From an uncultured delta proteobacterium (lineage in GTDB: Bacteria > Myxococcota_A > Polyangia > Polyangiales > Polyangiaceae): a stretch of DNA of 64,000 nucleotides. This document shows positions 48,504 to 57,944 of the stretch, piece after piece. Where the stretch lies: contig CAWDXG010000001.1 in NCBI GenBank assembly GCA_963806225.1, forward strand, positions 1,312,001-1,376,000. Reading direction: 5' to 3'. A model generated the notes under the pieces. The model saw only the letters and a list, made by a program, of their open reading frames with translations, made no database searches and was not told the DNA's origin. A program made the translations under genes and the position numbers. Each line of letters begins with the position of its first letter. The first letter of the stretch is position 1.

Positions 48504-49300
48504 TGGGACGCGTCGCGCGGGCACTAGTGGTGCACGAGCTGTTCGAACGCACCCGCGACCGCTGGGTACTGGTGATCAGCGTGCTGTTCGCACTGCTGGC
48601 GTCGGCGGTGAGCCTGTACGGGCGCAGCGCCGGTGCTACCGCGGCGAAGCTGACCGGCCCGAGCCTGGTGACCCTCGTGAGCCTGCTCGTGCCGTTGGTC
48701 GCACTGGTGCTCGGGCACGATGCGGTGGTGGGCGAGCGCGAGCGCAATACGTTGGGGCTTCTGCTCTCGCTGCCCGTGAACAAGCTCGAGGTCGTACTCT
48801 CGAAGTTCCTCGGGCGCCTTCTCGCGCTCGCGGCGGCCATCGCGATCGGGCTCGGGGCGGCGGTGGCCATGGCCGCCGCCGACAACCGTGGCGTGTTGAT
48901 GCAGCTGATGCTGCCGACGCTGCTGCTCGGCGCGGCCTTCCTCTCGCTGGGCGTGCTGATCTCCGCGATGGTCCGGCGGCAGCTCGCTGCGGCGAGCGCC
49001 GTGGTTGCGGTCTGGTTCCTGCTCGTCTTCTTCTACGATCTGGGCCTGCTCGGGCTTCTGGTGCTCACGCAGGGGGGCATCGGGCCGAACACCGTGGCCG
49101 ATCTGGTGATCGCCAACCCGGCCGGCCTGTTCCGCATCGAGATGATGCAGCGCTTCGCCGGGCCGGACGTGCTCTCGAACCTGGGCATGACGGTTTCCCC
49201 GCCCGGTCCTGCGGCCGTCGGTGCGATCTGGGCGGCCTGGATTGTCGTCCCGCTGGCCCTCAGCGGGCTTCTGCTCTCGCGCCAGAAGGTGTCCCGATGA
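48503..49300 (+). CDS. nosY: ABC transporter permease NosY
   Basis: LVPLVALVLGHDAVVGERERNTLGLLLSLP, WFLLVFFYDLGLL, ANPAGLFR. Confidence 0.9.
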   Translation: MGRVARALVVHELFERTRDRWVLVISVLFALLASAVSLYGRSAGATAAKLTGPSLVTLVSLLVPLVALVLGHDAVVGERERNTLGLLLSLPVNKLEVVLSKFLGRLLALAAAIAIGLGAAVAMAAADNRGVLMQLMLPTLLLGAAFLSLGVLISAMVRRQLAAASAVVAVWFLLVFFYDLGLLGLLVLTQGGIGPNTVADLVIANPAGLFRIEMMQRFAGPDVLSNLGMTVSPPGPAAVGAIWAAWIVVPLALSGLLLSRQKVSR

Positions 49301-49845
49301 AGCGATGCTCGCGCCTGCATGCTGTCCTGGCAAGTGGCTGCTTGCTGCTGTTGTTGGGCGGCTCTGCGACTGGCTGTCGGAGCCGCCACGGTGGAACCGC
49401 TCCCGCGGCCCAGGCCTCCGCCGTCCCGTTCGGTGGAGCCGAATGCGGCGCCTGCGGCATGGTCGTCCGCGAGCAGCCGGCGCCGCGCAGCCAGCTCGTC
49501 TATCATGATGGGACCCGCGTCTTCTTCTGCTCCGTGGGCAATCTCGTCCAGTACATGCAGAGCCCGTCGCCCCATGGCTCCGTAGAACGGGTCTACGTGG
49601 AGGTCCTCGACCCCAAGGCGGACCCCCGCCAGCCGAGCAAGGCGCTGCGCCCCTGGGTGGACGCCCATCAGGCCGCCTTCGTGCTGGGCGTGAAGCGCGG
49701 CCACATCATGGGCGAGCCGGTTCTGGCCTACGCCTCCAGGTCGGCTGCCGAGGCCGTGGCGAAGCGCTATGCGGGCCGGCTGGTGACCTGGGAGGCGGTC
49801 CAGAAGGAGCTCGCCCAGGGCGGGCCGGCGATGCCCATGCACTGA
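49297..49845 (+). CDS. nosL: Copper chaperone lipoprotein NosL
   Basis: Lipoprotein-like signal, CGACGM, FFCSVG, WVDAHQAAFV, IMG. Confidence 0.88.
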   Translation: MKRCSRLHAVLASGCLLLLLGGSATGCRSRHGGTAPAAQASAVPFGGAECGACGMVVREQPAPRSQLVYHDGTRVFFCSVGNLVQYMQSPSPHGSVERVYVEVLDPKADPRQPSKALRPWVDAHQAAFVLGVKRGHIMGEPVLAYASRSAAEAVAKRYAGRLVTWEAVQKELAQGGPAMPMH

Positions 49846-49984
49846 CAATCCGCATGGCGGAAGGCGGCAGGAGCCGCGAGTCTCCCCGCGCCGCACAATG
49901 TGCTATGGCGGGGCGCTGGCCATGATTTTCGGGTGGCCGCGCCTCGCTTCATGGTTTTCCTGCGAATACGGAGGCTGGTTGAAA

Positions 49985-50422
49985 ATGAGTGGAAGGATTC
50001 GAGTGATGGCCCTGGCTGCGATCGCCGCCGGTCTGGTGACCGTGGCTTGCAGCAAGTCCGAGAAGCAGCAGTCCACGGCGACCACCGCTAGCGCGACGCC
50101 CCCCGCTGCGACGACGGCCGCGCCCAAGGCCGACCCCGCCGCGGCGGCGAAAAAGTACTTCACGCAGAATTGCGTGGTGTGCCACGGAGCGGACGGCAAG
50201 GGCGACGGGCCTGGTGCCGCCAACTTGACCCCGAAGCCGCAGAACTACACGGACCCGAAGTGGCAGGACAAGGTCAAGGACGACGAGCTCAAGAAGGCCA
50301 TCGTCCAGGGTGGCGCCTCGGTCGGCAGGAGCCCGATCATGCCTGCTCATCCGGACCTGAAGAAGAAGCCCGAGGTGGTCGACGCGCTGGTCAAGCTGAT
50401 CCGCAGCTTCAAGGGCAAGTGA
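49985..50422 (+). CDS. Monoheme c-type cytochrome lipoprotein
   Basis: GGAGG RBS, lipobox TVAC, Thr/Ala/Pro linker, CVVCHGADGKGDG, distal Met (IMP). Confidence 0.9.
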   Translation: MSGRIRVMALAAIAAGLVTVACSKSEKQQSTATTASATPPAATTAAPKADPAAAAKKYFTQNCVVCHGADGKGDGPGAANLTPKPQNYTDPKWQDKVKDDELKKAIVQGGASVGRSPIMPAHPDLKKKPEVVDALVKLIRSFKGK

Positions 50423-50430
50423 GGTTCCGG

Positions 50431-50475
50431 GCGCAGCTTCTGCGGGTGGCCGGCGGCTACCGGCAGAAGTTGCGC
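50431..50475 (+). terminator. Long hairpin after the cytochrome c gene
   Basis: GCGCAGCTTCTGC..GGTGGCC / GGCTACC..GCAGAAGTTGCGC inverted repeat. Confidence 0.5.
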
Positions 50476-50551
50476 ATCCCTCGGGCCCGAGTCGTCGGTT
50501 CCGGCGGCCCAGGCGGGCGCTTCGCGCAATCTGATCAGCTTGCGCCCGGGC

Positions 50552-50565
50552 CTGATCAGCGTCAT
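50552..50565. promoter_or_regulatory. Candidate Crp/Fnr-family box upstream of the regulator gene
   Basis: CTGAT-CAGC-GTCAT. Confidence 0.4.
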
Positions 50566-50646
50566 CTAGAGCGTTGACGCCCGTCGTCCCGGAACGAGAC
50601 ACCCGCGCCGGCGATAGGGAACGCAACTTGCTACGGCGTACGCGAC

Positions 50647-51363
50647 ATGGGTCTACAGCAAATCCTCGAACGAGCCCCCGCCTTTGCCGGCGTGGAGCCG
50701 CAGGTTCTCGAAAAGATGGCAGCCTATGCGTCGACGCGCTCGTTCCGGCGTGGCGAATACGTGTGGCAGGCAGGGGATACGGCGCGCTCCTTCACGGTCA
50801 TCCGCAACGGCCTGATCAAGCTCGTCCGTTCCGGACCACGCGGGCGCTCCGCCATCTGCGGTCTGTTCGGTCCCCCGGAGACGGTGGGCGACGTGGCTGT
50901 GCTCAAGGGCTTGCCGTACCCGAGTGATGCGGCAGTCGCCACAGAGCAGGCGCACGTCATCTGCATCCCGCGGGACGTCGTACTCGAAGGCACGCGCAAG
51001 AGCCCCCAGCTTGGCGTGTCGCTGGCGTGCTCACTGCACAACAAGTTGTCTGCGCTGCACGTCAAGATCGAGGTCCTGAGCGCAGGCTCCGTCGAAGCGC
51101 GGCTCGCGACGCTCCTGCTCAAGCTCTACGATCAGTTCGGCGACGACTTCGAGGACGGCACCTCGACCATCCCCGTGGCCCTGTCGCGCCGCGAGCTGTC
51201 CGATCTCGTTTCCACGTCGTTCGAGACGGCCATCCGCGTGATGACGCGCTGGGAGCGTGAGAAGGTCGTCGACACCGAAGCCCAGGGCTTCACCGTCCAC
51301 GACCTGGCGCAGCTCCGCGAAGTCGCGGGGAACCCGGATCCGGTGGAGTCCCAGGCGAGCTAG
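50647..51363 (+). CDS. Crp/Fnr family transcriptional regulator (DNR/NnrR-like, no FNR Cys cluster)
   Basis: cNMP-like domain (FGPPETVGD..YPSDA), SVEARLA, HTH LSRRELSDLVSTSFETAIRVM. Confidence 0.9.
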   Translation: MGLQQILERAPAFAGVEPQVLEKMAAYASTRSFRRGEYVWQAGDTARSFTVIRNGLIKLVRSGPRGRSAICGLFGPPETVGDVAVLKGLPYPSDAAVATEQAHVICIPRDVVLEGTRKSPQLGVSLACSLHNKLSALHVKIEVLSAGSVEARLATLLLKLYDQFGDDFEDGTSTIPVALSRRELSDLVSTSFETAIRVMTRWEREKVVDTEAQGFTVHDLAQLREVAGNPDPVESQAS

Positions 51364-51468
51364 CCGGGTATTTTCCAGCGCGGCGCCGTGTTCCGGAAAC
51401 ACGGCGGGACCGGGGCCTGTCGATGTCCCGGTTGCATCGGGGGCTCGCGCCTTGCCGCCATCCGCGGC

Positions 51469-53094
51469 ATGGTCGTCCGCGGTCGTGTCGGCGCGTTGCG
51501 CCGCAGACCAGGAGGGAATCCCGTTCTGACGCGCGCTCGATGGCTCTGGCTTCTCCTCGTGGTCGCCGGCGTGGCGACCGCGGTAGGGCTTGTCGCACGC
51601 GGTGGAAGCCAGGCGCCAGCCGCCGCAGCGACGGCGCCGCCGCGCCCCGGCGAGCTCGTGGTGGCGCTGCAGGCCGACGGCAAGACGCTGGACCCGCACG
51701 CCGCGTCGGACGCCGCGTCGATGCGGCTCACCGAGAACATGTACAGCACCCTGATGCGCTACACGCGGCGCTACGGCGACGTGGAGCCGGATCTGGCAGA
51801 GAGCTACGAGATCTCGCCCGACAAGAAGCGCTACACGTTCCATCTGCGCCACGGCGTGCGCTTCCACACGAGCGGCCGTGAGTTGGAAGCGGCCGATGTG
51901 GAGTATTCCATCGAGAGGATCCGGGCGAAGAAGCTCCGCGCCGACCAGTTCGCGCCCGTGAAACGCATCCAGACGCCGGACCGCTACACGGTGGTGCTGG
52001 AACTGTCGCAGCCCTTTGCGCCGCTGCTCGTGTACCTGGCGCACCCGATGAACGCCATCATGGACCGTCGGCTCATGAAGGAGAAGGGCGACGCCGTGCT
52101 GCGCCGCCATGATGCCGGCAGCGGACCTTTCCGCATGGTTGAATGGAAGAAGGACGACCACCTGACGCTGGAGCGCGATCCGCACTACTATGTTCGCGGG
52201 CTGCCGCGCGTCGAGCGGCTGGTCTACCGCGCCATCGCGGACGAGAACGCGCGAACCACGGCGCTCCAGACCGGCGAGGTCGACATCGAGCTCGATGTGC
52301 CGCCGCGCGACGTGGCGGAGCTCCGTCGCGACCCGGCCCTGAGCGTCGAATCGGTGCCCGGCACGTTCTGGGAGTACATCGGGCTGAACACGCGCCGTCC
52401 GCCGTTCGATGACGCGCGCGTGCGGCAGGCGATCGCCTGGGCGGTCGATCGCAACCTGCTCGACCGGCTGGTCAAGCTCGGGCGCGCCACGGTGCTGGAC
52501 GGCGGCAACATCCCGCCCTCGCACTGGGCCTACGCGGGCCTGCACGTCTACCCGCACCGCGATCTGGCTCGCGCCAGGCGTCTGCTGCGGCAGGCCGGCC
52601 ACGCCGGCGGGTTTTCTACCACACTGAAGGTCGGTTCGTCCTTCCCGTACCAGGTGAACGCCGCCCAGGTGATCAAGCAGCAGCTCCGCGACGTCGGCAT
52701 CCGCGTCCACATCGTGATGCAGGAGTCGGGGCTGTTCTTCGACTCGCTCGGCCGCCACGACTTCGACATGGATGTGGTCGGCTGGGTGGGGTTCGTGGAC
52801 CCGGACGAGTGGACGTACAACCTGTTCCACAGCGGCGGGAAGTACAACCAACAGGGCTACTCGAACCCCGCGCTCGACAAGCTGCTCGAGCTCGGGCGCA
52901 AGCTCGGGGATCGACAGCGCCGCAAGCAGATCTACACGAAGATCCAGCGCATCGTCGCCGCCGATGCGCCGATGGTCTTCCTCTACGACAATAGCCAGAT
53001 CTCCGCTACACGCCGCCGCGTGAAGGGCTTCTTCGTGCATCCCACAGCGAGCACCATCTTCCTGCGCGACGTGTCGCTCGGGAGCGCGAGGTAG
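51469..53094 (+). CDS. Peptide/nickel ABC transporter substrate-binding protein (family 5), start uncertain
   Basis: TLDPH, PDLAESYEIS..YTFHLRHGVRFH, GSGPF, PPFDDARVRQAI. A possible alternative CTG start at 51526 follows GGAGG. Confidence 0.88.
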   Translation: MVVRGRVGALRRRPGGNPVLTRARWLWLLLVVAGVATAVGLVARGGSQAPAAAATAPPRPGELVVALQADGKTLDPHAASDAASMRLTENMYSTLMRYTRRYGDVEPDLAESYEISPDKKRYTFHLRHGVRFHTSGRELEAADVEYSIERIRAKKLRADQFAPVKRIQTPDRYTVVLELSQPFAPLLVYLAHPMNAIMDRRLMKEKGDAVLRRHDAGSGPFRMVEWKKDDHLTLERDPHYYVRGLPRVERLVYRAIADENARTTALQTGEVDIELDVPPRDVAELRRDPALSVESVPGTFWEYIGLNTRRPPFDDARVRQAIAWAVDRNLLDRLVKLGRATVLDGGNIPPSHWAYAGLHVYPHRDLARARRLLRQAGHAGGFSTTLKVGSSFPYQVNAAQVIKQQLRDVGIRVHIVMQESGLFFDSLGRHDFDMDVVGWVGFVDPDEWTYNLFHSGGKYNQQGYSNPALDKLLELGRKLGDRQRRKQIYTKIQRIVAADAPMVFLYDNSQISATRRRVKGFFVHPTASTIFLRDVSLGSAR

Positions 53095-53099
53095 CGACG

Positions 53100-54041
53100 A
53101 TGCTGGGCTACGCGCTCCGGCGCCTCGCGATCTTCGTGCCGATGCTCTTCGGCGTGTCGATCGTCGCGTTCGCTCTGGTGCGGCTGGTGCCCGGCGATAC
53201 TGTCACGGCCATGCTGGGCGCCCGCTACAACGACAAGGACGCGCAGTCGCTCCGCCAGGAGTACGGACTCGACCGGAGCGAGCCGCACCAGTACGCGGTG
53301 TGGCTCGGCAAGGTGGTCCGCGGCGATCTCGGCAAGTCCCGCTTCACCGGCACGCCGGTGGCTGAAGCGATCGCACAGCGGCTGCCCGTCACGCTGGAGC
53401 TGGCCGCCCTGGCGCTCTTGATCGCGCTCTCCGTCGGCATCCCGCTCGGCACGCTGAGCGCGATGTATCGCCGTGGCCCGGCCGACTACGCAGCCAACGT
53501 CGGCGGCCTGATGGGCATCTCTGTTCCCGGCTTCTGGCTCGGCACCATGCTCGTGCTGGTGTTCGCGCTCGGGCTCGGCTGGTTGCCGTCCGGGGGCTTC
53601 GTGCCGCTGTCCCAGGGCTTCGGAAGAAACCTGCGCCACATGATCCTGCCGGCCGTCGCCCTCGGCGGGGCGGTGTCCGGCGTGGTGCTCCGCATGACGC
53701 GCTCGAGCCTGCTGGAGGTGCTCGACCGCGACTACATCCGCGTCGCGCGCGCCAAGGGGCTGCCCTGGCGCAGCGTGGTCGTCAAGCACGCGCTCCGCAA
53801 CGCCTTCATCCCGGTTCTGACGGTGATCGGCATCCAGGCCGGCTATCTGCTCGGCGGTTCCGTGGTGATCGAGCAGGTGTTCTCCCTGCCCGGCGTCGGC
53901 CGGCTCGCGTTCCAGGCGCTCGGCAATCGCGATTACCCGCTGTTCCAGGCGACGGTGCTGTTTATCGCCGCTGCCTTCATCACGATCAACCTGGTGGTCG
54001 ACCTGCTCTACGCCCGCCTCGACCCGAGGCTCCGGCGATGA
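53100..54041 (+). CDS. Peptide/nickel ABC transporter permease (DppB/OppB-like)
   Basis: GDLGKS, RLPVTLEL, DYIRVARAKGL, HALRNA, RDYPLFQ. Confidence 0.92.
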   Translation: MLGYALRRLAIFVPMLFGVSIVAFALVRLVPGDTVTAMLGARYNDKDAQSLRQEYGLDRSEPHQYAVWLGKVVRGDLGKSRFTGTPVAEAIAQRLPVTLELAALALLIALSVGIPLGTLSAMYRRGPADYAANVGGLMGISVPGFWLGTMLVLVFALGLGWLPSGGFVPLSQGFGRNLRHMILPAVALGGAVSGVVLRMTRSSLLEVLDRDYIRVARAKGLPWRSVVVKHALRNAFIPVLTVIGIQAGYLLGGSVVIEQVFSLPGVGRLAFQALGNRDYPLFQATVLFIAAAFITINLVVDLLYARLDPRLRR

Positions 54042-54874
54042 GGGGGCTCTCCTCGATGGTGCGCGGGCGGCTGGCCCGCGCCGGCGCGTTCGTGATCGTC
54101 GCGTACGCCGTGGTGGCGCTCGCGGCACCGCTCATCGCGCCGTACGACCCTTATTCGATGCAGGTCGACCACGTGCTGTCGGCGCCGGGGTTGCACCACT
54201 GGTTCGGCACCGACTCGCTGGGGCGTGACGTGCTGAGCCGCGTGCTGTACGGCGCGCGCATCTCGCTCGGGGTGAGCGTGCTTTCGGTGGCGATCGCGCT
54301 GGTGCTGGGCACGGCCATCGGCCTGACGGCAGGCTACTTCGGCCGCTGGGTGGACGGCACGCTGTCGCGGCTGGTGGATCTGATGTTCTCGTTTCCCGAC
54401 ATCCTGCTCGCGCTGGTGGTGATCGCCATCCTCGGCGGCAGTCTGCTGAACCTCACGCTGGCCATCGGCATCGTGTACACGCCGATCTTCGCGCGTATCG
54501 CCCGCGGTGCCGTGCTGGTCGTCCGGCGCGCCGACTACGTGGAGGCCGCACGCGCCACCGGGGCAGGGGACCTGCGCGTCATGCTCCGCCACATCCTGCC
54601 CAACATCTTCGGCCCGATCATGGTGCAGACATCGCTGTCGCTGGCGTTCGCCGTGCTGGCGGAGGCCGCGCTGACCTATCTCGGCCTCGGCGCCGAGCCG
54701 GACACTCCATCGTGGGGCATGATGTTGAACCAGGGCACCGCCTGGATGCAGCAGGCCTGGTGGGTGGCGGTGTTTCCGGGGCTCGCCATCACGGTCACCG
54801 TGCTCGGCTTCAACCTGCTCGGCGACGGGCTCGGCGACGCGCTGGACCCGACGCTGCGCGGCGCGGGCAGATAG
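54038..54874 (+). CDS. Peptide/nickel ABC transporter permease (DppC/OppC-like)
   Basis: HWFGTDSLGRDVLSR, YVEAARATG, HILPN, PSWGMML, FNLLGDGL. Confidence 0.92.
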   Translation: MRGLSSMVRGRLARAGAFVIVAYAVVALAAPLIAPYDPYSMQVDHVLSAPGLHHWFGTDSLGRDVLSRVLYGARISLGVSVLSVAIALVLGTAIGLTAGYFGRWVDGTLSRLVDLMFSFPDILLALVVIAILGGSLLNLTLAIGIVYTPIFARIARGAVLVVRRADYVEAARATGAGDLRVMLRHILPNIFGPIMVQTSLSLAFAVLAEAALTYLGLGAEPDTPSWGMMLNQGTAWMQQAWWVAVFPGLAITVTVLGFNLLGDGLGDALDPTLRGAGR

Positions 54875-54886
54875 TCCCGCGGGACG

Positions 54887-55972
54887 CTACAGCGCGGCGG
54901 TCCCGAGCGCCTGGGCCACGTGCGGCAACCGCGCGAAGCTCTCCTTGTCGAGCGCCTTGTCGAGGGCATCCTGCGGCGTGATCGTTCCGTCGCGCACCAG
55001 CTTGTCGAGCCCGGCGTCCATGCTCTGCATACCTTCGCGCGCGCCGGCCTGGATCAAGCTCGGGATCATCGCCGTCTTCGACTCGCGGATGGTGGACGCC
55101 ACGGCCGTGTTGCCGATGAGGATCTCGTGGACCGCCACGCGGCCGGAGCCATCCGCACGCTTGAGCAGCTGCTGCGCCACGATGCCCGCCAGCGAATCGG
55201 ACAGGAGCCCGCGGATCTGTGGCTGCTGGGCGGCGGGAAACGAGTTGACGAAGCGGTCGATGGTGGAGGCGGCCGAGTTGGTGTGCACGGTCGCGAAGAT
55301 CAGCACGCCGAAGCTCGCGAGCTGCAGCGCCAGACGCATCGTCTCGGGGCCGCGCAGCTCGCCGACCAGGATCACGTCCGCGTTCTCGCGCCCGGCGCTG
55401 CGGATGGCGTCGGCGAAGGTCGGCGTGTCCAGGCCGACCTCGCGGTGCGTGACCTGGCACTTGTCGGGCTGGTGCACGAACTCCACCGGGTCCTCGATGG
55501 TGAGGATGTGGCCGTACCGGGTATGGTTGATGTGCGACACCATCGCAGCGAGCGTCGTGCTCTTGCCGCTGCCGGTCGGGCCCGTCACCAGCACCAGTCC
55601 CGCGCGCTTTTCGGCCAGCGCAATGGTCGCCGCCGGAAGCCCGAGCTCGTCCGCGCCGAGCACGCGCGTCGGGATGGTGCGGAACACCGCGCCCGGCCCC
55701 GTGGTCTTCATCATGAAGTTGGCGCGGAAGCGCGCGCGGTCGCCGAGCGCGTAGGCGAAGTCCAGGTCGTGCTCGGTCTCGAACTGCCGGCGCCGGTCGT
55801 CGTCCAGCAACTCGAACAGCAGCCGCTCGATCTCGTCCTTCTGCATCGGTGCGTTGCCGAGCGGCACCAGGTCGCCCTTCAGCCTGAGCAGCGGCGGATA
55901 GCCGACCGACAGGTGCAGGTCGGAGCCGCTCCGCTCCAGCAGTTGGTCGAACAGGCGATCGATGGCAGGCAT
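54887..55972 (-). CDS. pilT: PilT/PilU family type IV pilus ATPase
   Basis: GSDLHL, GLVLVTGPTGSGKSTT, HILTIEDPVEF, VILVGELRG, ATVHTNSA, GMQSMD. Confidence 0.88.
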   Translation of the reverse strand: MPAIDRLFDQLLERSGSDLHLSVGYPPLLRLKGDLVPLGNAPMQKDEIERLLFELLDDDRRRQFETEHDLDFAYALGDRARFRANFMMKTTGPGAVFRTIPTRVLGADELGLPAATIALAEKRAGLVLVTGPTGSGKSTTLAAMVSHINHTRYGHILTIEDPVEFVHQPDKCQVTHREVGLDTPTFADAIRSAGRENADVILVGELRGPETMRLALQLASFGVLIFATVHTNSAASTIDRFVNSFPAAQQPQIRGLLSDSLAGIVAQQLLKRADGSGRVAVHEILIGNTAVASTIRESKTAMIPSLIQAGAREGMQSMDAGLDKLVRDGTITPQDALDKALDKESFARLPHVAQALGTAAL

Positions 55973-57681
55973 CAGCCCTTCCTTCCGAACAGTCCGCGCA
56001 GCCCGCGCCCCGCGTCGGCAGCTGGCGGAGCGGCGGCGGGCGGCGGCGCCTGCGGCTGGGATGCAGTCGCGTTGGAGATCGAACGCGGGTCGTCCGCGTA
56101 GGCGCGCGCCGTCTCCTCGGTGATCGCCCCCTGCTTCAGCAGCGCGAGCAGCGAGTCCTCGATGCGGATCATTCCGTAGGCCCGACCTCGCTGCAGCAGA
56201 CTGGTCAGCTGGTAGAGCTTGTTGTCGCGGATCAGGCTCCAGAGTGGAACGTTGCCGGTGATCATCTCCGCGGCTGCGACGCGGCGCGTGCCGTCCGCGC
56301 TGGGCACGAGGCGCTGGCTGATGACGAGCTTGAGCGCACCGGCGAGCGTGGCGCGCACCTGCGCCTGGTCGTCGGGCGGAAACATGTCGATCAGGCGGTC
56401 GATGGTGCGCGCGCCCGACGGCGCGCTCATTGTCGCGATGACGAGATGCCCCGTCTCGGAAGCGGCGAGCGCCATCTCCACCGTATCGCGATCCCTGAGC
56501 TCGCCGATCGCGATCACGTCGGGATCCTCGCGCAGCGCGGCCTTGAGCGCGCGCTGGAACGACGTCGTGTGCGTGCCTACCTCGCGCTGCGACATCACTG
56601 CGCGTTTGACCGGATGCAGGATCTCGACCGGGTCCTCCACCGTGATGATGTGGATGGCCTTTTGCGTGTTGAACAGGTTGACCAGCGCGCCCATGGTCGT
56701 GGTCTTGCCCTGCGCGCTCGGCCCCGACACCACGACCAGGCCCTGATGCTGCTGCGTGATGCGCGAAAGCTCGTCCGGAAGACCGAGCTCCGGCAGGGTC
56801 GGCGGCGTCGAGCGCAGCAGGCGGAAACAGCCTTTGAGGCCGGTGCGCTGCCGGCAGATGTTGACGCGCAGGCGTCCCGCTTCCGGCAGATCGACGGCCA
56901 GGTCCGTGTAGCCGCGCTCCTCGAGCTCGCGCCGGTGAGTGTCGTCCAGCAGCGGCTCGAGCATGCTCCGCAGCTCGGCGTCGGGAAGCGGCGCGCCCTG
57001 CGGGCGCAGCTCGCCCACCAGTCGCATCTGGGGAGGGCCGCCGGAGAGAAGGTGCACGTCGCTCGCGCCCGCGCTGCGCGCCTTGGCGATGAATGCCGAC
57101 AGCGAGTCGACGCCGGGGCCCGCCGGCTTCGCGCTCCTCACCACCTCGACGGGGGGCGGCGGTGCATGGCGGCGCGGTGCCGGCGGTGCCGGCGGTGCGG
57201 CCTGCACGCCGTGACCCGTCGGCGCGTCGTCCGTATCGAGCTCGAGCCCGCTGTCGGCCACGCCGCCGTCGAGGTCGAGCTCGATGCCGGGAGCCCGCGG
57301 CGCGGCGTCGGCGGGCGCGGCCGGGGCGGGCTCGTCCGCCGAGCGCAGCGTCGCGCCCCCAGTCGCCGCCGGGCGCGGCCGGTCCGCCACCCGCGCGATG
57401 CGGATCTGCAGGCGCTCTCCAAAGCGCGCGATGCGCACGGCGTAGGCCTGGCCGTCGATCTGCACGCTCGCCGTTTCTCCCGAGCTGTCGCCCGCTGGCA
57501 CCAGCGGCGCGAGCTCCGTTCCTGCGAGCAGTGCTTCCAGGTGCGCCGGGGTGAGCGGCTGTTTCGTCACCGAACGAAGCTCGTCGCCGAGGCGGACGCT
57601 CGCCGCCGAATGCGTCTGCAGCACCAGCTCCCGCACGTCGGGGCGATCGAGAAAGCGTAGAAAACGCGGGAGATCGGACAC
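55972..57681 (-). CDS. PilT/PilU family ATPase with N-terminal extension
   Basis: GASDVHL, GPSAQGKTTT, HIITVEDPVE, LREDPDVIAIGELRD, ETGHLV. About 190-aa N-terminal extension. Start uncertain. Confidence 0.85.
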   Translation of the reverse strand: MSDLPRFLRFLDRPDVRELVLQTHSAASVRLGDELRSVTKQPLTPAHLEALLAGTELAPLVPAGDSSGETASVQIDGQAYAVRIARFGERLQIRIARVADRPRPAATGGATLRSADEPAPAAPADAAPRAPGIELDLDGGVADSGLELDTDDAPTGHGVQAAPPAPPAPRRHAPPPPVEVVRSAKPAGPGVDSLSAFIAKARSAGASDVHLLSGGPPQMRLVGELRPQGAPLPDAELRSMLEPLLDDTHRRELEERGYTDLAVDLPEAGRLRVNICRQRTGLKGCFRLLRSTPPTLPELGLPDELSRITQQHQGLVVVSGPSAQGKTTTMGALVNLFNTQKAIHIITVEDPVEILHPVKRAVMSQREVGTHTTSFQRALKAALREDPDVIAIGELRDRDTVEMALAASETGHLVIATMSAPSGARTIDRLIDMFPPDDQAQVRATLAGALKLVISQRLVPSADGTRRVAAAEMITGNVPLWSLIRDNKLYQLTSLLQRGRAYGMIRIEDSLLALLKQGAITEETARAYADDPRSISNATASQPQAPPPAAAPPAADAGRGLRGLFGRKG

Positions 57682-57857
57682 GGTACCGGCCACGATAGCA
57701 CCATTGCAGCCGATTCCGGCCGGTGACGGGCGGGCGTCGGGCACGGGCCGCACGCGCCCTGCTCCCGGGCGGGCGCCGTGGACTGCCGTTCATGTAGGCC
57801 GCGTGACCAGCCGGCGTCGGATGCGAGCCGCCCCGAGCCGAATTGCCCCTGAGCGGC

Positions 57858-57873
57858 TGGCACGCTGCTTGCT
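57858..57873 (+). promoter_or_regulatory. Sigma54 promoter (consensus match)
   Basis: TGGCACGCTGCTTGCT = TGGCACG-N4-TTGC, about 70 bp upstream of the ATG at 57945. Confidence 0.75.
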
Positions 57874-57944
57874 GTGGCGTTGGGTGCCGCGCCTCGCGGA
57901 TGGTAGAGTTCGCGATCGGGCTTGCTCACTTCAGGAGGATCAGG

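Noticed and set aside
50617..50632. Sigma54-like GGGAACGCAACTTGCT before the Crp/Fnr gene
   Set aside because: It is a fair match but would put the TSS only about 4 nt before the ATG, and no enhancer is evident. Left unlisted.
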